A stretch of DNA of 64,000 bases from Chrysomallon squamiferum (GCA_012295275.1 CM022677.1:9238001-9302000); one strand, 5' to 3'. Positions 14,601-27,100 are shown, counted from the first letter of the stretch. Translations and numbers: made by a program. The notes: generated by a model not told the origin, from the letters alone.

Positions 14601-15454
14601 GAACCTTTAAACACATGTACATATATATCATTTTCCTTTCCAAGAATATCAGCGTAAAGAAGTACATATATTCATTTTCAGGTAGATAGTAATTTATATT
14701 ATATTCTGAATTTTAGTAATAATAACATATTTAATATAACGCTTGTAGAAAAAAAGAAAAAGTTAAAAGTTATATAACAACAAAAACACCTAACAATTTA
14801 TATCGTTATAATTTATACCGCCCCGAATAAGAGAAACAAAGTGGGCGTTGCAAACTGGGATAGTTCCAAGCCCGTGACGGCAGCGAAAACGACCATTTGC
14901 AATGTCTGCTTGGCAGATATTCCCATTGTCACGATTCGTTGCCCCTGACAACACAAGCTATACGCGGTACAACACATCTTTTGTTCATAAACGTTAAAGA
15001 CAATGTTTATAGTGCAACCATGGCTTTACGACTGACAAAAGAATTTCTATGGAACAATAATTCTCCTGTATTTTTTACTTTTCCGTTGAGGTGTATATAT
15101 ATTTTTCAATATGTATTTTTTTTTTTTTTAATATTTGTGTACAAATGAATAGGTTTTTTGAAAAACGGCAACAAAACGACAGAATATAGTGTTGTTCATT
15201 ATTTATTTTCTGAAAGACACATCCAGATGAAAACATTTATAAAAATCAATACAGTTAGCAGAAAAATATGTGAAAATGGAAAGTGAGTTAATAAAAAAAA
15301 AAAAAAAAAAATCATCTTTTAGAATTGTATTAATTTCAAATACAGTTTCATGCTTTACTCTTTTATTTATATATATATATATTTAAGAAATGATTTAGCC
15401 TGTATTCCGAAATCAAGAAAATGCATTAATTTAAATATTTCTTTTCTTGTTTTA

Positions 15455-15520
<66 letters not shown>

Positions 15521-15768
15521 AAGAAGAAGAAGAAGAAGAAGAACAAGAACAATAAGAACAACAAGAACAACAATAATAACAATGACAGTAATAATAAATA
15601 ATAAACAATAATGATAAAAATATCTTTTGAATTTCTAATTATTTTTCCTACAAAATGGACGGACAGTAATAGCTACTGGATTTCTTTTGCTATTACTATT
15701 ACTATAATCATAATTGTTCAAAATAATAATAATAATAATGACAATAAAACAATAATAATAATGAAATG

Positions 15769-15805
<37 letters not shown>

Positions 15806-15815
15806 AAACACACAT

Positions 15816-16655
15816 TCAGATGTTCTTGTTTTCCTGAGATCTGAAAGTGACTCCATCGCCAGGAAGTTGGAGGGACACAAAGGGAGACAACCAAACCATA
15901 TACCAGTTCTTTCCAAACACTTCAATTACATTGTTTTTAAGACCAGCATCATACAAGTACACTTTTCTCTTCTTTTCATATCGCGTCTGTCCACGTGAAA
16001 CCTGCCCAATCTGTATCAGCAGTAACCATAGAAACATGGCTGTCAGCAAGACTCCCACTGTAGTTAATGATGTTATCAGACTTGTGTAGATTCCTTCAAA
16101 ACGGAAAAGAAAAGCTGCATGAGGAGCTATAAATGACAGTACTGAAAATACCCCAGGACCATTAGGAAATTTAATTTTTGCCACGAAGCTGGCATTGAAG
16201 ATGTTGCAGTAGACTCCGGCTAGCACCATGTACATGAGCATGATGATGTAGTAGCGTTGGTTGTGGTAGCCGATGCAGTAGCCAGCGAACCAGCAGTGAT
16301 GATCCCTCTTTAGAATGCACACGTCACAGATTTTGCAGTGGTGAGATCGAGGAGGGACGTTGCTGTTGCACCGGTCACAGTATTTCCAACCACTCGGAGC
16401 AGGGCCTGATGGGAAAATGATGTCACTTCCTGTAGTGTCTGTAGTTGCTAGCATGAACATGTTGCCATAGATGTTGAAAGCAAAGAGAAGTCCGAAAAAG
16501 AGATGAATGTATGTCTTGCTTGTCCATTCTGTGTAGTATGTGGGTAGAATGTGAAAAATTTCATACCAGAGTAAAAACAAACCACCAAATGTGAAAACAC
16601 TCAAAGCTGCTCGATCAGCCAGGGTTTTTGGCAGAACCCAGCGAAAAGCTGTCAT
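15816..16655 (-). CDS. ZDHHC24: DHHC-type palmitoyltransferase (ZDHHC24-like), 279 aa, single coding exon
   Basis: Cys-rich domain CDRCNSNVPPRSHHCKICDVCILKRDHHCWFAGYCIGYHNQRYY, flanking TM helices, TxxE-like (GQTRYE) and YDxGxxxN motifs; acceptor TTTTCAG just upstream of ATG. Subfamily assignment from recollection of the family. Confidence 0.9.
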   Translation of the reverse strand: MTAFRWVLPKTLADRAALSVFTFGGLFLLWYEIFHILPTYYTEWTSKTYIHLFFGLLFAFNIYGNMFMLATTDTTGSDIIFPSGPAPSGWKYCDRCNSNVPPRSHHCKICDVCILKRDHHCWFAGYCIGYHNQRYYIIMLMYMVLAGVYCNIFNASFVAKIKFPNGPGVFSVLSFIAPHAAFLFRFEGIYTSLITSLTTVGVLLTAMFLWLLLIQIGQVSRGQTRYEKKRKVYLYDAGLKNNVIEVFGKNWYMVWLSPFVSLQLPGDGVTFRSQENKNI

Positions 16656-17140
16656 ATTTCTACCTGAAAATATAGAATGTAAAATTAAGTACTACATGCG
16701 AAAAGCTGTCATATTTCTACCTGAAAATATAGAATGTAAAATTAAGTACTACATGCGAAAAGCTGTCATATTTCTACCTGAAAATATAGAATGTAAAATT
16801 AAGTACTACATGCGAAAAGCTGTCATATTTCTACCTGAAAATATAGAATGTGCACTGTCATATTTCTACTGAAAATATAGAATGTAAAATTAAGTACTAC
16901 ATGTGAAAAGCTGTCATATTTCTACCTGAAAATATAGAATGTAAAATTAAGTACTACATGCGAAAAGCTGTCATATTTCTACCTGAAAATATAGAATGTA
17001 AAATTAAGTACTACATGTGAAAAGCTGTCATATTTCAAACTGAAAATATAGAATGAAAAAATTAAGTGCTGCTACTAAATGTGAAAAGCAAAATTAGGTA
17101 CTACATGTAAAAAGCCAGCATATTTCTAACAGAAAATATA
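16641..17140. repeat. 57-bp minisatellite (~8 copies, outer ones degenerate) containing the ZDHHC splice acceptor and start codon
   Basis: Unit GCGAAAAGCTGTCATATTTCTACCTGAAAATATAGAATGTAAAATTAAGTACTACAT at 16641, 16698, 16755, 16812, ~16903, 16960, 17017. Confidence 0.92.
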
Positions 17141-17298
17141 CCACCATACTGTTTTTGTTGCTAGTTATGTTCTACCACCAGTATAGCACCTGCTACTACT
17201 ATTACTACATCAATAACAACAACAATAATAATAATAACACAAACACAATAAAAAAAATGCAAAACATTGAGTAAATTAATTTATAGAAAGACAGCAAA

Positions 17299-17355
<57 letters not shown>

Positions 17356-17544
17356 ATGGCTAAAAAGTATAGAAATTTGAATAATTTTGTCAGTGAGAGA
17401 ACATCTGCCTTTAAATAGTAGATTGCACGTCAGAATAGTTTCATGATGCACAGACAGGCAGCAAAGTAGTATTTCTTTTTATTCATTGTTTGGTTTTAAC
17501 CAATAAAATAATAACTTTGAAGTATATAAAATACTGCATTTACA

Positions 17545-17588
<44 letters not shown>

Positions 17589-17866
17589 TTAATAACAAAA
17601 TTATTTTCAAATGAATTTACTTACTGTTTACATATTAATAATTTGGTTGGCTTAATCTCAGTTGTATATTATAATATAGTAATGGCTATCCTAAGAATGT
17701 GAATTTCAAAATAATTTAACATTCACCAGTACAAAATAACCTCAGGTAATCTGATTTAAACACAATGTGGAATCTTCTTGAGGACTGTACAGGTTGTGAG
17801 TTCCTAAACTGTAGTGTTTTGCTTGTACCTAAATCCAGCACTGATGATAACACAGTTAATCTAGAG

Positions 17867-18151
17867 CAGCATTTCTCAACCTAGGTTCCACAAAAATCCC
17901 TAGGGATTCCCTGCAAAACAGTGAAATAAGTTAATGCACTTTCGAGTTATTTTTCATTTAATTTCATATTCATAATATTGCGCACAGCATGTTCTTGGGA
18001 AATCTTTCATTACTGTAATAAAGACATCATCTCGTCTGACCTACTGTTTTTAAAAATATGACAATCATTAGGAATGTATTTAATGATGTTTGTACAGGGG
18101 TTGCTTGAGACACGTAATTCATTTCAAAGGTGAACATATTCAGAAAAGCTG
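17867..18151. mobile_element. Non-autonomous hAT (Charlie-like) MITE, ~285 bp
   Basis: Termini CAGCATTTCTC / CAGAAAAGCTG (imperfect inverted repeat) flanked by 8-bp TSD ATCTAGAG / ATCTAGAC, matching the Charlie NTCTAGAN target. Confidence 0.7.
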
Positions 18152-18635
18152 ATCTAGACAATCAGTTTATACTTCTTCATATCATTACTGTTATTTATTT
18201 ATTTAATAAAGAGAAAAAAGGTAAATAATCATAAAGTGAAGCAATGTCTTATAAAAGAATATCATATAAATTTTTAGAAAATAAATAATATTACAAAATA
18301 ATAAATAAACAAATAAGTTTGCAGTTTGATTATAGTCTAAGACAGCAGAATAAATATTTTTTGTTTTATTTTATTCTCCTGCCAATGGAAATATAAAAAA
18401 GAATTATTTATAAATAACAATCATGACCATGATGGCTTGTTAAATCAAACAGTTCTTTGTTCTCCCGAAAAAAAATATCTTAATGTGTTTACAGACTTCC
18501 ATTCAGCCTCTGAAACTGAAATTAGTAATCTGGTAACTAATTAACAAATTAAAAAAATACGATAATGAAAAAAACAAACATACAATAAACACAAATAGCT
18601 ATTCAGATTAACACTGGCCAAACATTGCAGAGAAG

Positions 18636-18667
<32 letters not shown>

Positions 18668-19824
18668 GAATTTTGTATTTTAACTAGCACAACAGTCAAT
18701 AAAACAGAGACCACTACTTAAAAAAAACAGTAAACTTTCCACAGTAATTATAATGACGGAAGTTAAATCATATATCAAAACAATATTTTTCGAGTTCTAT
18801 TTTGTTTACTTTTGACAGTGAAGTGTAAATAATTTATTTATAAATTATAATATCAATTAACAAACATATAAAACTCAAATAAAATTTCTATACTAAATAA
18901 AGTAAACTGTTTTAATCCGGTATAAAAATCCATACAATAATAAATGAAGCTTATCAAATTATGAATTAAATATTGTCAATACGACTGATAATCACAACGA
19001 TATTAAATTATTATTATTATATTAATAACTAAGTAATTTACTTCCATTTCGAATGTTTTGCCTGAAGGTTTATTGTCTACGTTTGATAAAATAAATAATA
19101 TTATAATCTGACCTGGGATTAACAACGTTTTTTCAAATGTTCCAGATCTGAATACAAATCCTTTAATAAATGTTTAATTAGAAACAAACTCGCCTGTGCT
19201 TAATATCAGTGACTGAGTGTTTGAAGTAATTCATTACTGGCGGGCCTTCCGGCAGATGAGAGTTATCTCCCATGATAATGAGCTGAACCAAGACGTTCGT
19301 GCGCCTAGCAGCAGTAATTCAGAATGAGCAGTCATCATTAAACATTTTTTCTGTAAAGTATTATTATTTATTTTTAAATTATTAAAAGAAAAGAATGAAA
19401 GAAAAATAACAAAATAAATAAAGAAAAAGACTACAATAAAGATAGGTATGTATTTCAATACTGAAACTTATTTACTTCCTTATTGGTCATATCTATTAAC
19501 AGACGAATGTGAAAGTAGACATGTTCTAGGTGAACAGAATAAATAAAATTATAATAAATAATGCTGATTAATTTAGATTTATAAACGTGTCATTATTTTT
19601 CTGGCATTTTCGAATTATTACACGAATTGTTTACATTAATTATGACTGTGTTTGAATTAGTAAAGTATAATAGGTTACAATAATGTAATATTGATATATG
19701 TAATACGTATTTATTTTTATTTGAAAACGACTTTTTGCTTTGAGTAGGAATATTATTATAATTTGTTTTCTTTTCAATATGTTATTCTACTTTGTTATAA
19801 CCATTTTTAGGAAAAACTCACGGA

Positions 19825-22800
19825 ATGGAACGTGAGAATAAAAAAGAAATATATGAAGAAGAAAACACATCATTTGCTGGGGAAGAATCGACAGAAAAGT
19901 TGAAAGATGACGTGGCCGCTGCCGATGTACAAAACGGCGACACTCCTTTCCATGTGGCAGAAGAGAAAAATGTAGAAGATAAGAAAGATGAAACAGAATG
20001 TGAAGAGAAAAATATAGAAGATAAGAAAGATGAAACAGAATGTGAAGAGAAACCTGTAGAAGATATACAAAACGATGAAACAGAATGTGAAGAGAAAAAT
20101 GTAGAAGATAAGAAAGATGAAACAGAATGTGAAGAGAAACCTGTACAAGATATACAAAACGATGAAACAGAATGTGAAGAGAAAAATATAGAAGATAAGA
20201 AAGATGAAACAGAATGTGAAGAGAAACCTGTACAAGATATACAAAACGATGAAACAGAATGTGAAGAGAAAAATGTAGAAGATAAGAAAGATGAAACAGA
20301 ATGTGAAGAGAAAGCTGTACAAGATATACAAAACGATGAAACAGAATGTGAAGAGAAAAATGTAGAAGATAAGAAAGATGAAACAGAATGTGAAGAGAAA
20401 GCTGTACAAGATATACAAAACGATGAAACAGAATGTGAAGAGAAAAATGTAGAAGATAAGAAAGATGAAACAGAATGTGAAGAGAAAACTGTACAAGACA
20501 TACGAAACGGCGACACTTGTCTCCATATGGCAGTAACTTTAGATACTGAACTAGAGCACAAGAGAGAGATTAATCTACAAGACTCGCAAGGAGATACTCC
20601 ACTTCATATTGCTCTTAAAAAACACAGAGAGGCGAAAGCGATGTGTCTGATTAAACGTGGTGAGGACGTGAATGTACAAAATGCACATGGCGACACAGCA
20701 CTGCACCTTGCCGCGATGTCGAAGACGTTATCTGAAGAATTAATCAGTCAGATTATTTGTAAGGTCTGTGACGTGAATATCAGAAACCAAAATGGTGACA
20801 CCGCCCTTCATATTGCTGCCAAATATGCAACTTTGATTGTAGTCAAATGTTTAATAAATACAGCCGAGGTGGATGTTCGGAATGTTAATGGAGACACTCC
20901 ACTTCATCTTGCGTGTGCCGTAGAAGGGTCGGCAGCAATCATACAAGCATTGGTTGAAAAGGAATCAAACTCACCACTCACCGAGGTTAAGAATGAAGAA
21001 GGGCGGACTCCTCTACACTCCTGTGCCATAAACGGACAGTGGGATAATTTGAAGATGCTTTTAAACAGCGGAGCTTCAGCTGTCGCTGTCGATCACAAAG
21101 GTAACTCAGTGTTACATTATGCAGCGGAGAAGGGAGAACAAGAAATAGTGGAAATGTTGGTGAAAGATTATTATGTAGAGGATACCAAGAATGAAGCAGG
21201 GTTTACTGCCTATGACATCGCTAAGATTATCGATTGCGAGAAAATTATGCAAATAATTAAAACCTCTGAAGAAAAAAAAAAACATAAAAGCGAACATACA
21301 AAAATCAATGAGAAAACTGTACAAGGTAAGAATAATGACACAGAATGTGAAGAGAAAACTGTACAAGATAAGAATGATGACACAGAATGTGAAGAGAAAA
21401 CTGTACAAGATAAGAACGATGATGCAGAATGTGAAGAGAAAACTGTACAAGATAAGAATGATGACACAGAATGTGAAGAGAAAACTGTACAAGATAAGAA
21501 TGATGACACAGAATGTGAAGAGAAAACTGTACAAGATAAGAACGATGATGCAGAATGTGAAGAGAAAACTGTACAAGATAAGAATGATGATGCAGAATGT
21601 AAAGAGAAACCTGTAGAAGATATACAAAACGATGAAACAGAATGTGAAGAGAAAACTGTACAAGACATACGAAACGGCGACACTTGTCTCCATATGGCAG
21701 TAACTTCAGATATTGAACTAGAGCACAAGAGAGAGATAAATCCACAAGACTCGAAAGGAGATACTCCACTTCATATTGCTCTTAAGAAACACAGAGAGGC
21801 GATAGCGATGTGTCTGATTAAACGTGGTGCGGACGTGAATATACAAAATGCACATGGCGACACAGCACTGCACCTTGCCGCGATGTCGAAGACGTTATCT
21901 GAAGAATTAATCAGTCAGATTATTTGTAAGGTCTGTGACGTGAATATCAGAAACCAAAATGGTGACACCGCCCTTCATATTGCTGCCAAATATGCAACTT
22001 TGATTGTCAAATGTTTAATAAATACAGCCGAGGTGGATGTTCGGAATGTTAATGGAGACACTCCACTTCATCTTGCGTGTGCCGTAGAAGGGTCGGCAGC
22101 AATCATACAAGCATTGGTTGAAAAGGAATCAAACTCACCACTCACCGAGATTAAGAATGAAGAAGGGGAAACTCCTCTACACTCCTGTGCCATAAACGGA
22201 CAGTGGGATAATTTGAAGATGCTTTTAAACAGCGGAGCTTCAGCTGTCGCTGTCGATCACAAAGGTAACTCAGTGTTACATTATGCAGCGGAGAAGGGAG
22301 AACAAGAAATAGTGGAAATGTTGGTGAAAGATTATTATGTAGAGGATACCAAGAATGAAGAAGGGTTTACTGCCTATGGCATCGCTAAGAATTTCGGTTA
22401 CGAGGACATTATGCAAATAATTAAAACCTCTGAAGAAAAAAAAAAACATAAAAGCGAACATACAAAAATCAATGAGAAAACTGTACAAGATGAGAATAAT
22501 GATGCAGAATGTGAAGAGAAAACTGTACAAGATAAGAATGATGATGCAGAATGTGAAGAGAAAACTGTACAAAATAAGAACGATGATGCAGAATGTGAAG
22601 AGAAAACTGTACAAGATAAGAACGATGATGCAGAATGTAAAGAGAAAACTGTACAAGATAAGAATGATGACACAGAATGTGAAGAGAAAACTGTACAAGA
22701 TAAGAACGATGATGCAGAATGTGAAGAGAAAACTGTACAAGATAAAAACGATGATGCAGAATGTAAAGAGAAAACTGTACAAAATAAGAACGATGATGCA

Positions 22801-23085
22801 GAATGTGAAGAGAAAACTGTACAAGATAAGAACGATGATGCAGAATGTGAAGAGAAAACTGTACAAGATAAGAACGATGATGCAGAATGTGAAGAGAAAA
22901 CTGTACAAGATAAGAACGATGATGCAGAATGTGAAGAGAAAACTGTACAAGATAAGAACGATGATGCAGAATGTGAAGAGAAAACTGTACAAGATAAGAA
23001 CGATGATGCAGAATGTAAAGAGAAAACTGTACAAGATAAGAATGATGACACAGAATGTGAAGAGAAAACTGTAGAATATAATTAA
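19825..23085 (+). CDS. Ankyrin-repeat protein (two near-identical blocks of ~7 ANK repeats) interleaved with acidic 14-aa tandem repeats, 1086 aa, single coding exon
   Basis: Repeated GDTPLHxA/GDTALHxA ankyrin motifs; (D-A/T-ECEEKTVQDKND) 42-bp repeats in three tracts; acceptor TTTTTAG|G at 19810/19811 upstream of ATG. Confidence 0.85.
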   Translation: MERENKKEIYEEENTSFAGEESTEKLKDDVAAADVQNGDTPFHVAEEKNVEDKKDETECEEKNIEDKKDETECEEKPVEDIQNDETECEEKNVEDKKDETECEEKPVQDIQNDETECEEKNIEDKKDETECEEKPVQDIQNDETECEEKNVEDKKDETECEEKAVQDIQNDETECEEKNVEDKKDETECEEKAVQDIQNDETECEEKNVEDKKDETECEEKTVQDIRNGDTCLHMAVTLDTELEHKREINLQDSQGDTPLHIALKKHREAKAMCLIKRGEDVNVQNAHGDTALHLAAMSKTLSEELISQIICKVCDVNIRNQNGDTALHIAAKYATLIVVKCLINTAEVDVRNVNGDTPLHLACAVEGSAAIIQALVEKESNSPLTEVKNEEGRTPLHSCAINGQWDNLKMLLNSGASAVAVDHKGNSVLHYAAEKGEQEIVEMLVKDYYVEDTKNEAGFTAYDIAKIIDCEKIMQIIKTSEEKKKHKSEHTKINEKTVQGKNNDTECEEKTVQDKNDDTECEEKTVQDKNDDAECEEKTVQDKNDDTECEEKTVQDKNDDTECEEKTVQDKNDDAECEEKTVQDKNDDAECKEKPVEDIQNDETECEEKTVQDIRNGDTCLHMAVTSDIELEHKREINPQDSKGDTPLHIALKKHREAIAMCLIKRGADVNIQNAHGDTALHLAAMSKTLSEELISQIICKVCDVNIRNQNGDTALHIAAKYATLIVKCLINTAEVDVRNVNGDTPLHLACAVEGSAAIIQALVEKESNSPLTEIKNEEGETPLHSCAINGQWDNLKMLLNSGASAVAVDHKGNSVLHYAAEKGEQEIVEMLVKDYYVEDTKNEEGFTAYGIAKNFGYEDIMQIIKTSEEKKKHKSEHTKINEKTVQDENNDAECEEKTVQDKNDDAECEEKTVQNKNDDAECEEKTVQDKNDDAECKEKTVQDKNDDTECEEKTVQDKNDDAECEEKTVQDKNDDAECKEKTVQNKNDDAECEEKTVQDKNDDAECEEKTVQDKNDDAECEEKTVQDKNDDAECEEKTVQDKNDDAECEEKTVQDKNDDAECKEKTVQDKNDDTECEEKTVEYN
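20482..22488 (+). repeat. ~1.17-kb internal direct duplication within the ankyrin ORF (about 20482-21325 vs 21649-22488)
   Basis: Near-identical nucleotide and protein sequence at offset ~1167/1164; one-codon indel (LIVVKC vs LIVKC). Confidence 0.92.
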
Positions 23086-23933
23086 TACAGTTATGAAGAG
23101 TTATTTAAAATAACTGAATATTTCCTCGGAAAATCCTGAATTGTAGTGTTATTTTTTCCGAACTATCGTTTGAGTGATTTAGATAGCATCGCTGTGTTAA
23201 GTGACTAATAATGAATACGTCTTTGATAAGTTAACAGGAGTAATTAGTAATTTCTGATATTGCGAGGTCTTGCGTCACGTTGTCTGAGGGACGAGTACGC
23301 AGGACAAACGATCACTCATGGAATAGTAATTATGTTTAAATGTCTTTTATATTACATACATGTATGTTGATAGAAGATAGCCAAGTATATTTCTGTTGGA
23401 TATTATACTTACATATGCTTGAAAACTAAGTAAGAATCTAAGAATCTTATTTTAATAACTAAAAACTTACTTAGAAAGTTAACGTCACCAACTGCGCTGA
23501 ATATATCAACGTTATTTGCATTTTGAATTATATCGTGAGGATCTTACAGTTAACGTGTACCTTTTACCATTGATGATTAATTTATATGATACGTAAAACC
23601 ATTTGGGTTATTATTCTGTAGTGGATACAGACTAGTCATTTTGTAATTTAAGCAGACTAATATCATTAACACGCTGTTATAGTTTGTCAACTTTAAGTAT
23701 TAATGTCAGTCAGACTAATCAGTGTGACATATTGTTAAAATAAATACGGAAGCAAAGCGAACATTGCAAATGGGGCGAAATGCGTGATTTCCAGTCTTGT
23801 TACAAACACCAAAATCGGATAATAATATTATTATCAGAATTTCTTCTATGCAAAGACGTTACTTAATGCGAACTTAATGGAACGAAACGATATTTCGCGC
23901 AGTGTGTGTACCCCTGATTTGACAATCATTTTG

Positions 23934-24133
23934 NNNNNNNNNNNNNNNNNNNNNNNNNNNNNNNNNNNNNNNNNNNNNNNNNNNNNNNNNNNNNNNNNNN
24001 NNNNNNNNNNNNNNNNNNNNNNNNNNNNNNNNNNNNNNNNNNNNNNNNNNNNNNNNNNNNNNNNNNNNNNNNNNNNNNNNNNNNNNNNNNNNNNNNNNNN
24101 NNNNNNNNNNNNNNNNNNNNNNNNNNNNNNNNN
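23934..24133. other. Assembly gap (200 N) at the left edge of the tandem array
   Basis: Run of N. Confidence 1.
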
Positions 24134-27100
24134 AAAAATCATGCGTTTGCTTATCTACTAATACGGAAAATGAACGAGTTGTAACCTGCGTTTCGGTGTG
24201 AGCGTGATTGCGTGTGTGTTTGTTAGAGCGAGAAGACATGCAACTCCTGTTCGGTTCGAACTACTCTTGGAAGACGAAGGTGTGCGAAGCCGAATCTAAC
24301 GGTTAGTACTTAACACCCTCGAGACGATATCTTCATTACAGAACGATTCAGACTTCTTATTTCTATCTATCGCAGTAGTAAGACAATGACTGACGTGTAC
24401 GAACTGGAACCGAACAGACATTTCTATGTGAGATCGGAAGCTTCAGCTGTGGCACTCGCGACATGTGGTGCCTCATTCCAAGCTACGAGCTACAATCATC
24501 GGAGACACTGCAGCAGGCACATAAGCACCTAACAAGGTTAACCACAGATGGCGAGAGCGGTGAAGAATGCGCTCTTTTCGTTGCCACTGTACTCGTCTTT
24601 AAGCAAGCAGATCTAACGATGAGCGGCATTCGGGGTGTGCTGTCTATATTTTGTTTCTGGGTTCCTTGGTTAAAGTGTTAAAAAAAAATCATGCGTTTGC
24701 TTATCTACTAATACGGAAAATGAACGAGCTGTAACGATGAGCGGCATTCGGGGTGTGCTGTCTATATTTTGTTTCTGGGTTCCTTGGTTAAAGTGAAAAA
24801 AATCATGCGTTTGCTTATCTACTAATACGGAAAATGAACGAGTTGTAACCTGCGTTTCGGTGTGAGCGTGATTGCGTGTGTGTTTGTTAGAGCGAGAAGA
24901 CATGCAACTCCTGTTCGGTTCGAACTACTCTTGGAAGACGAAGGTGTGCGAAGCCGAATCTAACGGTTAGTACTTAACACCCTCGAGACGATATCTTCAT
25001 TACAGAACGATTCAGACTTCTTATTTCTATCTATCGCAGTAGTAAGACAATGACTGACGTGTACGAACTGGAACCGAACAGACATTTCTATGTGAGATCG
25101 GAAGCTTCAGCTGTGGCACTCGCGACATGTGGTGCCTCATTCCAAGCTACGAGCTACAATCATCGGAGACACTGCAGCAGGCACATAAGCACCTAACAAG
25201 GTTAACCACAGATGGCGAGAGCGGTGAAGAATGCGCTCTTTTCGTTGCCACTGTACTCGTCTTTAAGCAAGCAGATCTAACGATGAGCGGCATTCGGGGT
25301 GTGCTGTCTATATTTTGTTTCTGGGTTCCTTGGTTAAAGTGAAAAAAATCATGCGTTTGCTTATCTACTAATACGGAAAATGAACGAGCTGTAACGATGA
25401 GCGGCATTCGGGGTGTGCTGTCTATATTTTGTTTCTGGGTTCCTTGGTTAAAGTGAAAAAAATCATGCGTTTGCTTATCTACTAATACGGAAAATGAACG
25501 AGTTGAACGAGTTAACCTGCGTTTCGGTGTGAGCGTGATTGCGTGTGTGTTTGTTAGAGCGAGAAGACATGCAACTCCTGTTCGGTTCGAACTACTCTTG
25601 GAAGACGAAGGTGTGCGAAGCCGAATCTAACGGTTAGTACTTAACACCCTCGAGACGATATCTTCATTACAGAACGATTCAGACTTCTTATTTCTATCTA
25701 TCGCAGTAGTAAGACAATGACTGACGTGTACGAACTGGAACCGAACAGACATTTCTATGTGAGATCGGAAGCTTCAGCTGTGGCACTCGCGACATGTGGT
25801 GCCTCATTCCAAGCTACGAGCTACAATCATCGGAGACACTGCAGCAGGCACATAAGCACCTAACAAGGTTAACCACAGATGGCGAGAGCGGTGAAGAATG
25901 CGCTCTTTTCGTTGCCACTGTCTTTAAGCAAGCAGATCTAACGATGAGCGGCATTCGGGGTGTGCTGTCTATATTTTTTCGTCTTTAAAAAAAAAAAAAT
26001 CATGCGTTTGCTTATCTACTAATACGGAAAATGAACGAGCTGTAACGATGAGCGGCATTCGGGGTGTGCTGTCTATATTTTGTTTCTGGGTTCCTTGGTT
26101 AAAGTGAAAAAAATCATGCGTTTGCTTATCTACTAATACGGAAAATGAACGAGCTGTAACGATGAGCGGCATTCGGGGTGTGCTGTCTATATTTTGTTTC
26201 TGGGTTCCTTGGTTAAAGTGAAAAAAATCATGCGTTTGCTTATCTACTAATACGGAAAATGAACGAGTTGTAACCTGCGTTTCGGTGTGAGCGTGATTGC
26301 GTGTGTGTTTGTTAGAGCGAGAAGACATGCAACTCCTGTTCGGTTCGAACTACTCTTGGAAGACGAAGGTGTGCGAAGCCGAATCTAACGGTTAGTACTT
26401 AACACCCTCGAGACGATATCTTCATTACAGAACGATTCAGGCTTCTTATTTCTATCTATCGCAGTAGTAAGACAATGACTGACGTGTACGAACTGGAACC
26501 GAACAGACATTTCTATGTGAGATCGGAAGCTTCAGCTGTGGCACTCGCGACATGTGGTGCCTCATTCCAAGCTACGAGCTACAATCATCGGAGACACTGC
26601 AGCAGGCACATAAGCACCTAACAAGGTTAACCACAGATGGCGAGAGCGGTGAAGAATGCGCTCTTTTCGTTGCCACTGTACTCGTCTTTAAGCAAGCAGA
26701 TCTAACGATGAGCGGCATTCGGGGTGTGCTGTCTATATTTTGTTTCTGGGTTCCTTGGTTAAAGTGAAAAAAATCATGCGTTTGCTTATCTACTAATACG
26801 GAAAATGAACGAGCTGTAACGATGAGCGGCATTCGGGGTGTGCTGTCTATATTTTGTTTCTGGGTTCCTTGGTTAAAGTGAAAAAAATCATGCGTTTGCT
26901 TATCTACTAATACGGAAAATGAACGAGTTGTAACCTGCGTTTCGGTGTGAGCGTGATTGCGTGTGTGTTTGTTAGAGCGAGAAGACATGCAACTCCTGTT
27001 CGGTTCGAACTACTCTTGGAAGACGAAGGTGTGCGAAGCCGAATCTAACGGTTAGTACTTAACACCCTCGAGACGATATCTTCATTACAGAACGATTCAG

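Noticed and set aside
19818-23074. Long antisense and alternate-frame ORFs over the ankyrin gene
   Set aside because: Shadows of the 42-bp coding repeat
24134-24800. Hammerhead ribozyme in the array unit (retrozyme)
   Set aside because: No CUGANGA core found on either strand (closest CTGACGT and CTGAAGC); other ribozyme classes cannot be excluded by eye
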